DNA of 63,720 bases, counting the filler, from Sanchytrium tribonematis (taxonomy: Eukaryota), in assembly GCA_018985235.1 (NCBI GenBank). It is 24 parts of 24 records of this genome, joined end to end, with 100 filler letters (N's around TTAATTAATTAA, not from the genome) between each part and the next. Parts side by side here need not be neighbours in the genome. Positions count along the whole stretch, not along the records: positions 33,554 to 50,165 come from JADGIG010000132.1; positions 50,266 to 51,534 come from JADGIG010001338.1; positions 51,635 to 52,903 come from JADGIG010001339.1; positions 53,004 to 54,267 come from JADGIG010001340.1; positions 54,368 to 55,622 come from JADGIG010001342.1; positions 55,723 to 56,974 come from JADGIG010001343.1; positions 57,075 to 58,325 come from JADGIG010001344.1; 17 more parts are not named here. One strand, 5' to 3'. Below the pieces are notes generated by a model. That model saw nothing but the letters and a program-made list of their open reading frames with translations. It did no database searches and was not told the DNA's origin. Each line of letters opens with the position of its first letter. Positions within the stretch are counted from its first letter, which is position 1. Made by a program: the position numbers and the translations under genes. This document shows positions 45,290 to 58,425 of this stretch, piece by piece.

Positions 45290-47190
45290 AGGGTATACCT
45301 TTTAACCAGAACAGTGTCCAAATATAACGATATAAATGATGATTTTGTATTACTTTACCGTAGTATGCCAAATAGTTCGAACTGCGAATTATTAACACTT
45401 CGAGAGAAAAACGAATTATTTAGCATTCGCACTTTCTACAAATTCCATCTGCTTTTAAACACCCAATTGACGGACCATGTACCTGTAATTTGCAGCCTTT
45501 ACAAACATGCATTTGCAAATTTATCATTTCGGCTGTACAAAATGCACAAATAAAATCTGAAATGGCTCGCCTAATCTTTCATGACGTGCAATATATAGAT
45601 TATTAACATCAAATTCATCAACACTACCTGCTGGTAATCCAGACAACACCATCGCCTAGGATACTGCTTCAGGGGAAAAAGAATTAATAGACTGATTTAC
45701 CCAACTTGTCATTGTTTCTTTGTCAATTGGAATCAGCTTATTGTCCTTATAATTTTGATTGTCGTACATGTAGCTCTCAACAAAATCACTCATTCGACTT
45801 TTAAATCCTCTATTAATGCAAATATCAAGTCCTTGAAGATAAGATATGATTTGCAGTTTGCAGATATCATGAGTTGTAAGTAAATTACATTCTTAGCAAT
45901 AGCTTTTTTGGCTAATTCACTTTTGTGAACCGAGCACGAGTCCCAACATAGGAATTTCTTCTCCTGAAAAGAGCAAATTTAGATATCATTATGCAAGTAA
46001 CACGAATCTTCTGATCTCGCTTCTCAATTATTTGATTGTAAATGTCATATTCACCTTCTTTTAAAAAGGGGTTTCTACCACCACCGGCACATCTCTTCCT
46101 ATTTTTTGTGCCAATGCCGTGTTTTTCCCTACAAGATGATATTCATCTAAAAATTTAATTTTGTTTTTAAGATCAAAAGTGTGATAAACGCCTCTACTTG
46201 ATGGATTTTCAACATCGACAGGAGATGGAGTTGTCATAAAAATTATTTATTTTTTTTCTTATAACCACTTCGAATTATTTGGTTACTGCGAATTATTGAC
46301 AATTTTGGACCAAAAATCCGAATTATTTGGAACTACGAATTATTTGGTTAGTACGAGCTATTTGGCATACTACGGTACATTATTGAAACAATCTTCTTGG
46401 ATTAGATATTTAGGAGTGCACTGAAATTGCTCTGGAATTGACTATAATGAAGAGATATCATGCAAAAAGCAAAAATTTGCATTTTTAAAGACACAATACA
46501 GTCAAATAAATGAAGATCTACCTGCAAATTCACTTGAAAATACTGGACATTTGTTCCACGGAAGAACCCATTTTACTAAAGGAGTCATTGAATACATTAT
46601 GAGCTACGGAATTGCACTTTGGGACAGATACCACTTAAAGAAACTCGAGTCAATACGCAAAAATGCAATTAATTATTTGTTTAGGCAAATTCCATAATGA
46701 TTATGAACTATACTCTAAAGCAAGTATTTCTTCTGAAAATCAGATATTAAATACCATTAAACGACTTCAAAATGAGGATTTAAATACATCAGATTCTTAT
46801 ATAAATTTATTAAAACGTAACACTTCCCTTGCAGATAACATGAACAATTCTTAGCCGCTTGTACACGAGAATAGAAAAGAATTAGATGTTGCTGTGGAGG
46901 AAAGACTGAAGGAAATGTGAGACACCAATGAAGCTAAAAGAGCATCAAATTTGCCAATTTCATCTGCATTGTTGCAATTAATACTAAGGAAAAAGTGTTT
47001 TTACAATTAGACAAATCACGTGCGTAAACTGGGCGTAAAATTTCTTAAGGGACACTTTCTCAGTAAACTTGGATATTGCAAAATGTGTTCGCAACCATGT
47101 GACTCACTATTTCACTTTGAAAGTGAATGCACCAACAACTATAAACAATTGGATGAAGGTTATATTTATAGGGTATGATACTATAATGAG
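45290..47190 (+). mobile_element. Non-LTR retrotransposon (LINE) 3' remnant, split by the pogo insertion
   Basis: RT tail WIRYLGVH (~46398-46420), GVIEYIMSYGIALW, C-terminal CKMCSQPCDSLFHFESEC (CCHC); many stops. Confidence 0.7.
45358..46375 (-). mobile_element. pogo/Tigger-like internally deleted element, TA duplication, ~26-bp TIRs
   Basis: TA|CCGTAGTATGCCAAATAGtTCGaACT ... AGTaCGAgCTATTTGGCATACTACGG|TA; remnants AGGGRNPF and WDSCSVH; subterminal CGAATTATT repeats. Confidence 0.9.
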
Positions 47191-48116
47191 TTACTGGAGT
47201 TACCCCAATGATCACAAGTAACCCCTAATTGATCACAATGTGGTCACAAATTTGAGCCGTCAATGAGTGATTATTCATTGGTTAGAATAAATGAAACAAA
47301 ATAAAAGATTTCATTGGACCATCTAAGTATTTTAAAGTATGAGATTGATTGGGTTGACGTCCGAAACGTGTTGGCAAATTTGCCTTTAAATCCATTTGCC
47401 CGAGTCAATATAAGTGATAACCTATTGAAGTTGGGTCATTTTATAAAGCATATAAAAAGGGCTTTCAAATGAATCTATTCAACAATTCAAAAATGTTAAA
47501 ATAACGGAAATAAAATTTGTGATCATTTATAAAATAAATTGCAAATTTGATGTTTTTAATCAACCTGTGGCATAACAACATGATAGACATTCGCAGTAAA
47601 TATTTTGAAATACTTTTTTATGTATAATTTTCATATTTGTTATCCCTTTTGTAAAAAAACAATTTGTGTTCGTTGCACAATGACCGGTGAAACATTTGTG
47701 GGTATCTCCCCTAAAAACATTTAAATTCTGTTAAAATAATCAAATTTATTAGCCACTGAAGCATTACATTGCACTCACATAACCACTATTATCAGAATCT
47801 TCACCAGCATTCGTTGCAATGTCAAATACAACCGCATCATCCATTATTAAATACTGGTTGTAAATCACCATTTACAATCTCATATCCAGCTCCACTATAG
47901 CGGATTCCTTCATTTCGGAGCTCTAAATTAATAAACAATGACCTTGCAACATGTAAAAAAGTTCAAACATTTCAAAGTTTTGGCCACTAGAAATGGCACT
48001 ATCAGTTGTACATGGCGGATATGCAGATGTAATTGCGATTGTCTGCGTGTTGATCAACAAATCGACCAACACAAACTATGATTTATCTTAAAATATTGGT
48101 AGTTATTTGGATGATG

Positions 48117-48659
48117 TTAGATAAAATTGTAAGATGCGTAACTGTCTGTGTAAATTGCTGTTCCTGGCAGCACCAATTTTTCAATAAAAAACTTAATAGT
48201 TGCAATTTTGCGATTTAACACGGAGATGAAAATAGTTTTTCCAGAAGATCTACAAACAAATCCAAGAATCCAAAAAGTACAAAGTATTCTACCACGATGA
48301 TATTTGCGGTTTCTAAATAGCGCTTCACCTGGACCTCCCAATGGTGTGAAAAGTTGACGAAATGCCTGTGCCTCATACTCACGAAATAGCTTGTATTGAG
48401 AACGCACAGTATTGTAATTTAGTTCCATATTGAGTGCAGCAAGTAATGCAGGCTCTTTGTTGAAGAACTTTTTTAATAAAATCATCTTTAAGTTTAATGA
48501 CAATTTGCCACAGCTAAAAAGCGATCCGCATCTGGTAGAAACATACTTAAAGCATCTTTTGCAATGCCAAAAGCATCCATCTGGTCGCCGACTGTCGTTC
48601 TTTAGCCACATTTGACCATGGGAAGAATTATTGGGGCAAATGGGATCATTCAGTACCAA
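48117..48659 (-). mobile_element. Merlin/IS1595-like transposase pseudogene
   Basis: Zn ribbon CPN...WHCKRC...STRCGSLFS, LGGPG.EALF.NRKYHRGR, WILG, VLPGTAIYTDSYASY; the VEID segment is missing. Confidence 0.88.
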
Positions 48660-48988
48660 AGCCGTAAGATAGAAAGCATGTCCTTATTGGATGTGATTTT
48701 AAAGAGAGTGGGAATGCTGGAAATGATGCTTTATATTTCCATGGTTTCAAGTGAATTGCACGTCATGGTTTACAATGTTACGATCTGGTTCATGTGATAC
48801 ATTTGCAGTTTCAAATAGTTTCAGTAACTCTTTCTGTTACCATACCATTTATAGTATATTTAAAAATGGTACCGAAACTCAAATATTTGATTTAGTGAAA
48901 TCACTCAAAAACATTATTTCCATCTCTTAATCGGCCGGATTAAATCGGCGGGCTTTGTGTTGACATCTAACTACCAAAGAATAAATTC

Positions 48989-49027
<39 letters not shown>
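48989..49027. repeat. (TAT)n/(TTA)n microsatellite, ~13 units
   Basis: Direct reading of the sequence. Confidence 0.95.
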
Positions 49028-49559
49028 CACTTTACATGAAACTGTCAAGATTCAAACTATTTATAATCACAATTTAAATATACTCCCTTCTTTGTCATAC
49101 AGCCAATACCAAATCCGTGCACTCTCTGCTTCCATTGTTCGCACTTGTGCCATTGTGTTGTAAGCATTTCGGTATTACAAAAAACAGTCATCTGTAAACT
49201 TTGTAGGTATAGCTGCATCTTAAATCTCATAGGCACGCTCTTCGCACAATTTTTTTTACTTTAATAATTGTACTTGATTCACTGCGAGTTCTTAGAACAG
49301 CCTCATATGACTGAAAGTTGCCTTGTCGCTAAGCTTACTAGTTTCCAGTCATATACTGTGTAATGATGATACCTTAAGTACCATTCCAATCTTCCTAATG
49401 AAACACGAGGAGCGTGATTTTCTATCTAAAACCAAAACACTAACAAAATCCGAAAGGAAAGCGAAAGCACCCCATATAATGATATAAAACGAAAACTAAT
49501 TGAAAAATCGAACAATCAACCACGTTAAACTACAAAGTTCTATTGAGTACATCCCTCTT

Positions 49560-50165
49560 GAAAAATTCATGTGTAGTGGCTTATTGCAAAGTTATGGGTC
49601 AAATCGATTACCAAAAGTAACAGAGAATACTATCAAGTTTATCGAACTATTATGGAATTTATTAGAGTCAATATGGCCGAAAATTGGGTTGGTGCATTGC
49701 CAAAAGCATTACAAGTGATGCGCTTTACGAAACATCGTGCGCATGGTCAGATTTCATTTGAATTACTTTACGAATTACCAGCAATGTGGGGACCCATACA
49801 ATCTGGGAGAGAAGTTTCCAATCTATTGTCAAGATGGAATTCCACCAATAACCAGGCTGCCGTTGAGAATCATGTGACACGAACAGTAGGACAAAAAAAA
49901 GGGAACGAAACAAGCTGGAGGTGGAAATGGGACACAAGGTATTGGTTCCAAATCCAGAGCTTAAAACTAAAATTGACAAGCCTTTTGTTGGACCATATGA
50001 AATACGGGAAGTGTTACCGTATGGAAATTTATTATTGGACAATGGTGCTCGTGTACATGTGAATCAAATAAGGAATTTGAATCAGGAAAATGTTGCTTCG
50101 AATGAGATTTTTAACAGCGATTTACAAGAGAACCAGCCTAGTGACAATGTTTTAAATACAAGAGT
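49560..50165 (+). mobile_element. Ty3/Gypsy integrase C-terminal remnant (frameshifted)
   Basis: NWVGALPKAL...HRAHGQISFELLY and GPY/F module KIDKPFVGPYEIREV...VHVNQIR. Confidence 0.8.
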
Positions 50166-50327
50166 NNNNNNNNNNNNNNNNNNNNNNNNNNNNNNNNNNN
50201 NNNNNNNNNTTAATTAATTAANNNNNNNNNNNNNNNNNNNNNNNNNNNNNNNNNNNNNNNNNNNNCGACTTCCATTGTTTCGCAAAGGCAAAATAATTTT
50301 TGCCAAAACCACTTTTTATTAACAAAT

Positions 50328-51000
<673 letters not shown>

Positions 51001-51009
51001 GATATAATT

Positions 51010-51018
51010 TTCAAGGAG
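51010..51018 (-). promoter_or_regulatory. CTCCTTG start-proximal motif (FUR1 copy)
   Basis: Minus strand ttCTCCTTGAAaattatatcATG. Confidence 0.6.
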
Positions 51019-51046
51019 AACTTTTGGAAGGAATGCTTCAAATTAT

Positions 51047-51534
51047 TTATTGTCCACTTGTAGCAGATATATACATCTCATTGGGAAACAGTTGGCAAAG
51101 CTCTCGTAAATGATTTACAAAGCCACTCGTCAATTCCAACATTCGAGATGGATTTCCATTCTCTTTCATTGTATAGTGCTTGTAAAAGGTATCCCTTGGA
51201 TTTAAGGCTTCAATTTCCGCGGAAGATATTGTTCTGTGTTGATTTCCCTGAGGAAGTATCACTGTTTGCTCAATTTCGCTGAAATCGTAACCAATATTAA
51301 AATGTTGGCATTTAAACCTTTTTGTACGTCTTTGCATCGTAGTTAATTCGTTACTCGGAATTCTATCTAAAGGCTCTTCTATATTAATTTGAATTCTATA
51401 ATCATATTTATATCTCGGATTATAAATATCAAGCGTCACTAGTTGATGCTTTTTCGTAATTTCCTCAGCAATAACTTTTCCTTCTTTTGTATCTTTTTCG
51501 TATTTTCTAACCCTGAATCCCTTAAATATTTCAT
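51047..51534 (-). CDS. Cet1-like (CYTH) mRNA 5'-triphosphatase, 5' partial
   Basis: DIYNPRYKYDYRIQINIEEP, RRTKRF, YDFSEI and AEIE resemble the fungal Cet1 tunnel strands. Confidence 0.6.
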
Positions 51535-51634
51535 NNNNNNNNNNNNNNNNNNNNNNNNNNNNNNNNNNNNNNNNNNNNTTAATTAATTAANNNNNNNNNN
51601 NNNNNNNNNNNNNNNNNNNNNNNNNNNNNNNNNN

Positions 51635-52903
51635 CCAAAGACATTCCCAAGTAGTTTGACAATTATTGAAGCATCAAATAATATGATATATGGCCCTATA
51701 GCTAGTTTACCATTAGGTTTATTTGAATTATCAATGGAATTTAATCAGCTGAATGGAAGTATCGTAAATTAAGATTGGACTTTAACCAACTAAGTGGAAA
51801 TGTTCCAAATCGATGGCCAAAGTCATTAGGAATTTGAGTCATAATTTACTAGATGGTAGTATTGCCAATGTGGAACTCGATTTTATTTACTCTCTAGATT
51901 TATCGTGGAATTTATTTACTGGAAATTTACCGAAATTTAATAGCACTTACTATGATAGTGTTGATTTATCTCATAATCATTTATCTGGAGATATTGATTT
52001 GGGCTATGCTATGATCTATAATATGTATTTGAGTTTTAATCAATTTACAAATTTGCCAATTTCGTGGCCACGAAATATTATTTCCTTTGGATTAGCTAGT
52101 AATTTAATCAACGGAAATGTAACCATCAACATTCCACTTTCCATTAGTTGGTTGGATCTGTCAGATAATTCTATAACAGGCAATATTCCAAATATCTCCC
52201 CGTTTGAATATTTAAATATTTCTCATAATTTATTCACTGGAAGTATCCCAATATCACTCCAAGCTACAAACTCTCTGGATTTATCGTATAATCAATTGAG
52301 TGGATGTATCAATTTCCAATTTAATGGGCTTAGTTTTATTTTCAATAATAATTATTTGAGTGGTGCTTTCTCATTCGCAAGTCCAAGTCAGTTGCATATG
52401 CAGAATAATTTGGTTTCTGATGTGTCTATGGTTGATCCAACAAATTTAATTTCATGTGATTTGAGCAACAATCCAATGGCACCTGGAGTGTTTGGTAAAA
52501 CATTTTACAACTTTTACAATTTGGATGATGTGTATTCAAGTAGCAATACGACATGTGGGATTGTCCCATTGGATGTTAATCACACTTATTATATTCCAAG
52601 TAAAACATTTAATCCAACAACCACGAAATTGCAAAAGACTGATTCAAAATGGACCACTTTGAAGAATACAACTCAACTGGAGACGCAACTAGATACTCAA
52701 ACTGTAGCATTACAAGATGCCATTCTTATTACTCGTACTTCTCATTTATTTAGGTCCTACTCGTATTTATGGTCAAAATACTCAAATGACTGTTTTAACA
52801 TCTCAAATCATTGCCACAAATGCCCAAATCTCTTCCGATTTACCAGTGATTCATGCATATCAATGGAAAGTACAACCATATCAATTCATTTGGTCTCCCA
52901 TTT
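51635..52903 (+). pseudogene. Extracellular leucine-rich repeat protein, frameshifted
   Basis: LDLSxNxFTGxIP repeats and Thr-rich stalk; frame breaks near 51770, 51830 and 52720. Confidence 0.75.
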
Positions 52904-53003
52904 NNNNNNNNNNNNNNNNNNNNNNNNNNNNNNNNNNNNNNNNNNNNTTAATTAATTAANNNNNNNNNNNNNNNNNNNNNNNNNNNNNNNNNNNNNNNNN
53001 NNN

Positions 53004-53826
53004 AATATTTTGGAATATCATGATTTAAAAGAAATTCTCGATTCAGATAAATTTGATTACTTGTTTCTTTTCCATTTGAAACATTGCATGTATTGCGTAA
53101 ACGATCTTCTCCTATAAAATAGAACTCTGAGTAATTGACATAAAATACTTCACCGGATCGTATATCTGCTATTGCCTTTAGTCCAATTGTATTGTTTCCT
53201 GTCCGACTAAACTTACAATTTGGATTACAATCGTGGTTGATAAATCGAATTGGACCTAAAAGTAAACTTTGTGTATTTTTGTTTAGTGATATTACACTAT
53301 AATCCTTTCCTGTTTCTTGTAAATCATAAAATTCAGACAACGATATATTAAACACGTATCCTTGTAATTTAATTTCCTGATCTGGAGAATAAAATTTGTT
53401 CGCAACAACACTGACTTGCCACTCTTGAGCTTCGTCTTTTTCATTCATGTATTTATCCGTATTTATAATATTATAACCCACATTTTTTGTGTGAATCATT
53501 GCATACTGTGTAAATATGCTAGAAAATTGATCAAAATCTAATTCATTGACTCCGTGAATTAAAAAATATTCTTTCAAACTAGTGTACACTCCATTACTTA
53601 ATGACTTTAGTTCTGTATAATCATCTGCTTTCTCAATAATTAAATTGTCTAAATTTGTAAAAAAATTCTCCATGACTTTCTTACTCATTTTCCTATTTTT
53701 TAATATTTTAAAGTCATGAAATGGATAACTGGCTGATTTTAAACAAGCATGTCGAATATAAGGATCGATAAGAAGATAACAGCAAGTATCGTCTACTCGC
53801 TGCATAGATATCATTTTCTGACTCAT
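53004..53826 (-). CDS. SET-domain protein, Set9/SUV420H (H4K20 methyltransferase)-like, 3' partial
   Basis: DYSVI...LLLGPIRFINHDCNPNCKF...AIADIRSGEVFYVNYSEFYF. Confidence 0.8.
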
Positions 53827-54367
53827 GTTTCACCCTTTTTTATGAAAACATCTTGAAACATGTTGAAAAATTTTTCAAACCTAAATAATGATATTGTCTT
53901 CCAACAATTCGATTTGAATTACCGAATAGCTGTTCTAGGATAGCACATGACTACTTTGACTTTACATTTAGCTCCTTCACTTCATTGTGACAATAAACGT
54001 CTCAATTTAAATCTTCTAGATTGTTAAGTGCTATAGTGTCTTTAAGTATTTGATAACTAGCTTTCCCGAGTGTCATCAGTTTAAGTATGATCAATTAATA
54101 AGATTTCATATCCTAGCATAATTTTAATGACATCCCCTCAAAACTTTTTTTCTTGAGCAATTCTGTTTGATTGTTAAATAGAGCATTATATTTTCGGGAA
54201 GAACATCTCTACTCACATGACCTATTCTGACACGAAACTTAATTTGTTTTTTGAAATGATCTCTGGGNNNNNNNNNNNNNNNNNNNNNNNNNNNNNNNNN
54301 NNNNNNNNNNNTTAATTAATTAANNNNNNNNNNNNNNNNNNNNNNNNNNNNNNNNNNNNNNNNNNNN

Positions 54368-55622
54368 CTATTCTTTTTGCTCTAGATAAATTTCGTACCT
54401 TTATATATGGTAAACATGTCACCATATTTACAGACCACGGAAATCTAAAATGGTTGTTCGAACAAGAGCAAACCGGTAGATTGGCTAGATGGGTTTGCAA
54501 ATTACAGCAATACCATCTAACAATAGCCTATATACCTGGTAATAAAAATACAGCCGCCGATGCATTAAGTAGATATGGGTATGACCCATCGGTTGAGTTG
54601 AAGGCAATGAATTTAAGGTCAAAAGCAAAGAACATAGAAGAAAAACAAGTTTCTCCTTCAGATTCGGAAGCTAAACCTAATTACATTGTGCTTCAATCAT
54701 TAGAATCTGTTGACTGGAAATTGGAACAAAGTAAAGATTTAGCATTAATTGCTCAAAAATCAATCAAAACTTCAAAACTTGCAGAAGTGGACGGAGTCTT
54801 GTACAAACTGAGTAATAACAAAATGAAAATCTGTGTTCCAGAACAGTTAGTAGAATTCATATTAAATCTAGCACACAATAGTGCTATTTCAGGACATGCA
54901 GGATCGCAGCAGGTATCTATAAACTTGAATGATTACTACTTTCCTTCAAAACAATCTAGAATCAAAAATTTTGTCAAATCTTGCAAAACTTGTATTTTGG
55001 CTAAAGCGCCTAAACTACAACACCAATTTGAAACTAGAATCCCTGCAAATATTTTAGAAAGAATATATATTGATTTCAAGGGACCACTACCTATTCATCC
55101 AGATCACCATACTGATGAAAAATACATAGTAAGTATACTTGACGATTGCTCAAGATTCTTAAATGCTATACCAACAAATTCCACAAAAGTCGATAATGCA
55201 ATTGATGCAATTCAGAGACATTGGATACAAATCTTTGGTCCACCAAAAGAAATTGTTGTGGATATGGCATTATATAAAAGCAAAAAGTTTATCGCTTTTG
55301 CTAAATCAATAGGTGCTAAATTACAACAAACTGCACCATATGCTCATTTTCAGAATCCTGTAGAAAGACTTCACAGAGAACTGGATAATAAAGCTAGAGC
55401 ATACAAGCATTCACATAATGCACATTGGACAGAGGCTTTACACTGGAGTGTCTTGTCGATAAATAATTCTACAAACTCATCCACGGGTAAATCGCCGGCA
55501 GAATTATTGCTCAATTACAGTCTTGATCCCATAATGCTCAAAAGAGTTTTGGGAAATGAAAATATTACAAACAAACGTAATAATGCCAACAATCTGGCAC
55601 ATACTAAACGAAAAAGAGCTCT
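54368..55622 (+). mobile_element. Ty3/Gypsy pol fragment (RNase H end + integrase), uninterrupted
   Basis: IFTDHGNL, GRLARW, YIPGNKNTAADALSR, HHCC (AHN..GHAG..CKTC), DDE (IDFKGP, VVD, PVERLHR). Confidence 0.95.
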
Positions 55623-55722
55623 NNNNNNNNNNNNNNNNNNNNNNNNNNNNNNNNNNNNNNNNNNNNTTAATTAATTAANNNNNNNNNNNNNNNNNNNNNN
55701 NNNNNNNNNNNNNNNNNNNNNN

Positions 55723-56852
55723 ACAATACAAATGGTATTTCGTCACTCATTGTGGAACCTATTTCTCAGTCTGCTGCAAATCAAAGATCTGGAAGGGCAG
55801 GGAGAACTAATGCAGGTCGTACATATAGACTATATTCAAAGCAAAATTTTGATCAAATGGATTTTGAATCGATCCCTCAAATACATCGCGTCAACATAGT
55901 AGATATTGTACTAATTCTGCTTCAAGTTTGCAAAAATGTTCAAGATTTTGATTGGCTGGATGCTCCAAATATCGATCATATGGAGGCTGCAATATTTCAA
56001 TTAAGATTGCTGGACGCATTTGAAGAGGTTTCAGATGATATGAAACTCTCAAAGATTGGCAATATATTTTGTCAATTTCCGCTAAGCCCTACACTTTGCA
56101 GAGCTCTTATAGCATCAGTGGAATTAAATTGTTCATCCGATTTTTTAAAAATAGCCTCAATGTTGACTACTGAACGAATATACCTCCATAACCGCCTTCT
56201 TTCAGACGAGGAGTTGCTGATTGATCGAAGACCTTTGTTTCACGAGAGCGGTGATCACTTGACTTTGCTGAATATATACAACCTCTTTCTAAGAAATCAA
56301 AAATCCAGGCATTGGTGTATGAATTTTCATCTTAATCCAAAATCTTTGATAAATGCAACTAGAATCCACAAACAGCTGACAAATACCATGTCAAGAGTTG
56401 GACTGGAAATCACAGAAGGGGGCAATTCTAATGACATATTGAAAGCTTTGGGTTCTGCTTTCTTCAGAAATGTGGCAAAAAAATTTGGAAACCAAAAATT
56501 GTTTTTCAATTACTTCAAGACACTTTATCCGAATTGTAAACCAAAGCATGAGAAGCAGATTGAAGGTACGGAAATTCTTCATTTAAATTCACAATCTGTG
56601 CTAAAATTGCAAGAAAATTACGAGCTGGTTTTGTTTACGGACATCATCTATACAAACAAGCCTTCAATAATTTATTGCAGCAAAATTGATTTGAAGGATT
56701 TGATCGGACTTGGAAAAATCGAGAAACAATTTGGCAACTCTCAGCCACTCTCCGAAGCAAAACCAAAAAAGAGAAGCACAGAGAAAAATATTGATATAGT
56801 TGCCGCGAAAGAGCGTTATAAAAGAAGAAAAGTGAATATGTCATTGGACTAG
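55723..56852 (+). CDS. DEAH-box RNA helicase C-terminal half (HA2 domain), 5' partial
   Basis: PISQSAANQRSGRAGRT...YRLYS, FPLSPTLCRALI, SGDHLTLLNIY. Confidence 0.93.
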
Positions 56853-57306
56853 GTCTAGAACTTATTTAATAAGTAAGAATGGCCTAATTTTCTAGTCAAA
56901 CCGAGTGTGTAGGGGACTGTTCCTGCGACGCAAATGATACTCTTCTTTCATCCTTTGGGCTATTGTTGTTGCTANNNNNNNNNNNNNNNNNNNNNNNNNN
57001 NNNNNNNNNNNNNNNNNNTTAATTAATTAANNNNNNNNNNNNNNNNNNNNNNNNNNNNNNNNNNNNNNNNNNNNCGGTTGAAATCTCACGATAATACCTA
57101 CACTCGGAAGTTTCCGCCATTTAAAGAACGTGATCCGGAAGAGGATCAACCGGTAAAATTTAAACCCCCGCCAGATGAATTTGAGTGTTGGCCATACTTG
57201 GATGGCCAAAGAGGTAGAGATCCATCCATTCAAAATGCTTATATGGAAAAAGTTTTAAAGATAGACAAAAAAATGAAAAAGTAAATTAATTTTTACCTCC
57301 GTGTTT

Positions 57307-58325
57307 ATGGAAACACTCTCTCAGCAGAACTATAACGAATTACAAAAAACGATTTTATCTATTTATGATAGCAAACCAAATTCTAGCTTGAGAGCAACGG
57401 ATACTTTTTTGTTTGCGTGCCAAGCCTTTTTATCGCAGTTACCTTCCCATTTTTTAGCCTTAGAAGCAAGCAGCACCTGGGTCTTTTTTTGGAACATGTT
57501 AACTGTCCGAATACTTGGTGGACAAATCGATCCTCAAATGACTAGCCGATTGGTCCTATCCCTTCAAAGATTGCAATTTGACAATAAAGACCAACAAGGG
57601 TGGCTAGGACTTGATTACGTTCCTCATTTGGCGTCAACGTACGCTGCAATCAGTGCAATCTGCTTGCTGGGTAGCGAGGAAGGCTATCATTTGCTAGATG
57701 TTGACAAATTGTTGAATTTTTTTTGCAGCGTCAAATTAGAGAATGGTGGATTTTTGATGCATTCTGGTGGCGAAATGGACGTAAGGGGAACGTATTGCGT
57801 TTACTCAGTACTTGATTTATTGCAAGTGCATAAAGAGCCCAGATATGCTGATAAATTTAAGCTGTTAGTTGCAAATGCTGACAAATTTCTTTCTGATTGC
57901 CAGACTCACGAAGGTGGATTTGGGTCCATGCCTGGGCTTGAGTCACATGGAGGGTACACCAATTGTGCGGTTTTAAGTCTCCTGTATCTTCAAAAATGGA
58001 GCGCTGAATGTAATCCTGAAATTGCTTCACATCTAAATTTGACCGATGTTGCTAAAATTATAAATATGAAAAGGCTGAAAAAATGGTGTGCGTTGAGACT
58101 AGACTGGAGTGGCGGTTTTTCAGGTCGCGCGAACAAGCTTGTAGATGTCTGCTATTCCTATTGGGTTGGTTCGTTAATAATTCTTTTAAATGTATTCCCA
58201 ACAGGCGAAAGAGTATCGAATCTTGATTGCCTTTCAAGTCGCTTCCCCAAAATAAGTGTTTTTGATAGAATGAAACTATATATATTAGTCGTAAGTGCTT
58301 CTCCAATTAGAGATCAAGCATCAGA
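57307..58325 (+). CDS. RAM1: Protein farnesyltransferase beta subunit, 3' partial
   Basis: PHLASTYAA, GGEMDVRGTYC, CQTHEGGFG..PGLESHGGYT, GRANKLVDVCYSYW. Confidence 0.93.
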
Positions 58326-58425
58326 NNNNNNNNNNNNNNNNNNNNNNNNNNNNNNNNNNNNNNNNNNNNTTAATTAATTAANNNNNNNNNNNNNNNNNNN
58401 NNNNNNNNNNNNNNNNNNNNNNNNN

